DNA from: Schmidtea nova
Lineage: Eukaryota
Direction of reading: 5' to 3'
Assembly: GCA_044892505.1 (NCBI GenBank)
Contig: CM097883.1
Coordinates: 226,052,001-226,116,000 of the forward strand
Length of the DNA stretch: 64,000 nucleotides
Position numbers and translations under genes: made by a program. This document shows positions 62,589 through 64,000 of this stretch, in pieces; position 1 is the first letter of the stretch; the number at the start of each line of letters is the position of its first letter. The notes beneath the pieces are model-generated. The model made no database searches and was not told where the DNA came from. It was given only the letters and a program-made list of their open reading frames with translations.

Positions 62589-63863
62589 TATTAAAGAGTT
62601 GCCGAAATCTGATCATATATACGGATTAAGCAATTTAAGTGTAACAGGTTGAAGGGTTGACAACATTCGATTATGATGAACTTGGGATCAATTGAATAGT
62701 TAAATATATAAACATCTGCGATCAGTTGCAGGCTCTCTGGGTAGATTGTAGGATCAATAACGTTTTTGTTGAAAATTTGGGTTTTTTATGATAACATATT
62801 TTTACAGAAAAAAAAATTTTCAACAAAACAGATTATTTTATTTTATACAAATTGTAATATATCTTTTTCAATTATTTTTCGTATTTTTTCAACTGAAATC
62901 GGTGAATAAGTAAGATACTGCAATGAATCAGGCATACTGTAAGGCAGTGATTCGCAGCCGTTTATGGCTTGTGGAACACTAAATGAATCTTAAAATTGGA
63001 TTTGGAAATATTTCATTTGATTTCATTTTCGATTTTGATTTGATAATTGTAAATTCTTCTTGGAGTATGTTCTACATGTTGTTTTTTTTAATGTGAAAAA
63101 AGGAACGTTTTTTGATTATTTAAAACAAAAAAATGTTTAATTAATATCATACTAAACTAATAATTTAATTATTAAATTTCATAATTAAATCCGAGGCACT
63201 ACATTTCTTAATAAAAATACATTGTTTTAATATAAAATTAACTAGTTTCATTTAAAAAAACGTAATTTTCATATATCCGTCAAAATGGCGGGTTTCAGTA
63301 AAAAAAGGTATACATTTGATGTCAGTAAATCTGGTGTTGAAGTTGTTGATAATAAATTTTGAATAAGATTTTACTTATTTATTTAATAATGGAAATTCAA
63401 AACGAGAATAGTGAATGCGATATAATATGTATGCTGTATATAATATTTGCATTACTATATATACGATATGTATGAAACAGATTTAAATATTGCTCCAAAT
63501 CGACTCTGTTGTTTTTGATAGTTTGTAAATGAACTTTACAATTAGGTTTTCCTTTTGCAAATATTCATGAGTGATTAATTATCTCTTTAATACTTAAATT
63601 TATATGACAAAGTAATCTATAATTTCTTATCAGATTTAATAAAAATTATTTTATGATGTAATTCACTATTATTATATTTCCGAAAAATGAAATTTATCTG
63701 ATCTTTGAGAGTTATAATTTAAATTGTTTCAGTGCATTGTGGGATTTTTCAAGAGTTAAAGCTTCTTATTATAAAATCTACTTTATTATAATAAAAGAAA
63801 ATACCGTTACCAATTATTTTTGACAGAAAATTACGTTGTTTCTCTTAACAGTTGTTATTTATA

Positions 63864-64000
63864 ATTGGTGCGCCCAATAAGTCGTGAGACTAAAATAGAA
63901 AGACTTAAGATATCAACACAAAACTTTGTATTTAGAACAAGCATGGTAAATAAGCATCATTTCTGAAAATAGTTTCCTTCTGCACTGACAATTTTCCCAG
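63864..64000 (+). mobile_element. Possible left end of another mariner element
   Basis: ta-attggtgcgcccaataagt resembles the TIR at 12462; the other end is outside the window. Confidence 0.35.

Overview
AT-rich eukaryotic genomic DNA, dense in transposons, with short (~45-65 nt) spliceosomal introns. The style fits a planarian/flatworm-like genome, but that is inference. The main feature is a ~24-kb, one-end-truncated, decayed giant Ty3/Gypsy-type LTR retroelement on the minus strand (~34.1-57.8 kb). Read through its stops and single-base frameshifts, it gives gag (3 CCHC knuckles) - ubiquitin-like domain - unknown region - Bcl-2-like domain - class III (chuvirus/gB-like) fusion glycoprotein - PR-RT-RNaseH-IN - ankyrin repeats - 4 FN3-like repeats plus TM, possibly one ~4,800-aa polyprotein. 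Downstream are operon-like cistrons (coiled-coil, full RING-Zn-MATH TRAF, coiled-coil). Upstream are three accessory genes, one an IAP-type RING. This resembles a viral apoptosis/TNF-signalling toolkit. It may be related to the planarian giant Burro retroelements (recalled, not verified here). Also present: a 7-kb Polinton/Maverick-like non-autonomous element carrying an intact RING gene and E2F/AP-1 site arrays; mariner, hAT, Merlin, piggyBac and pogo/Tigger elements; a degenerate NR4A-like ORF; and exons of a motif-degenerate mRNA capping enzyme homolog. All domain calls are by eye from remembered family motifs; no searches were run.
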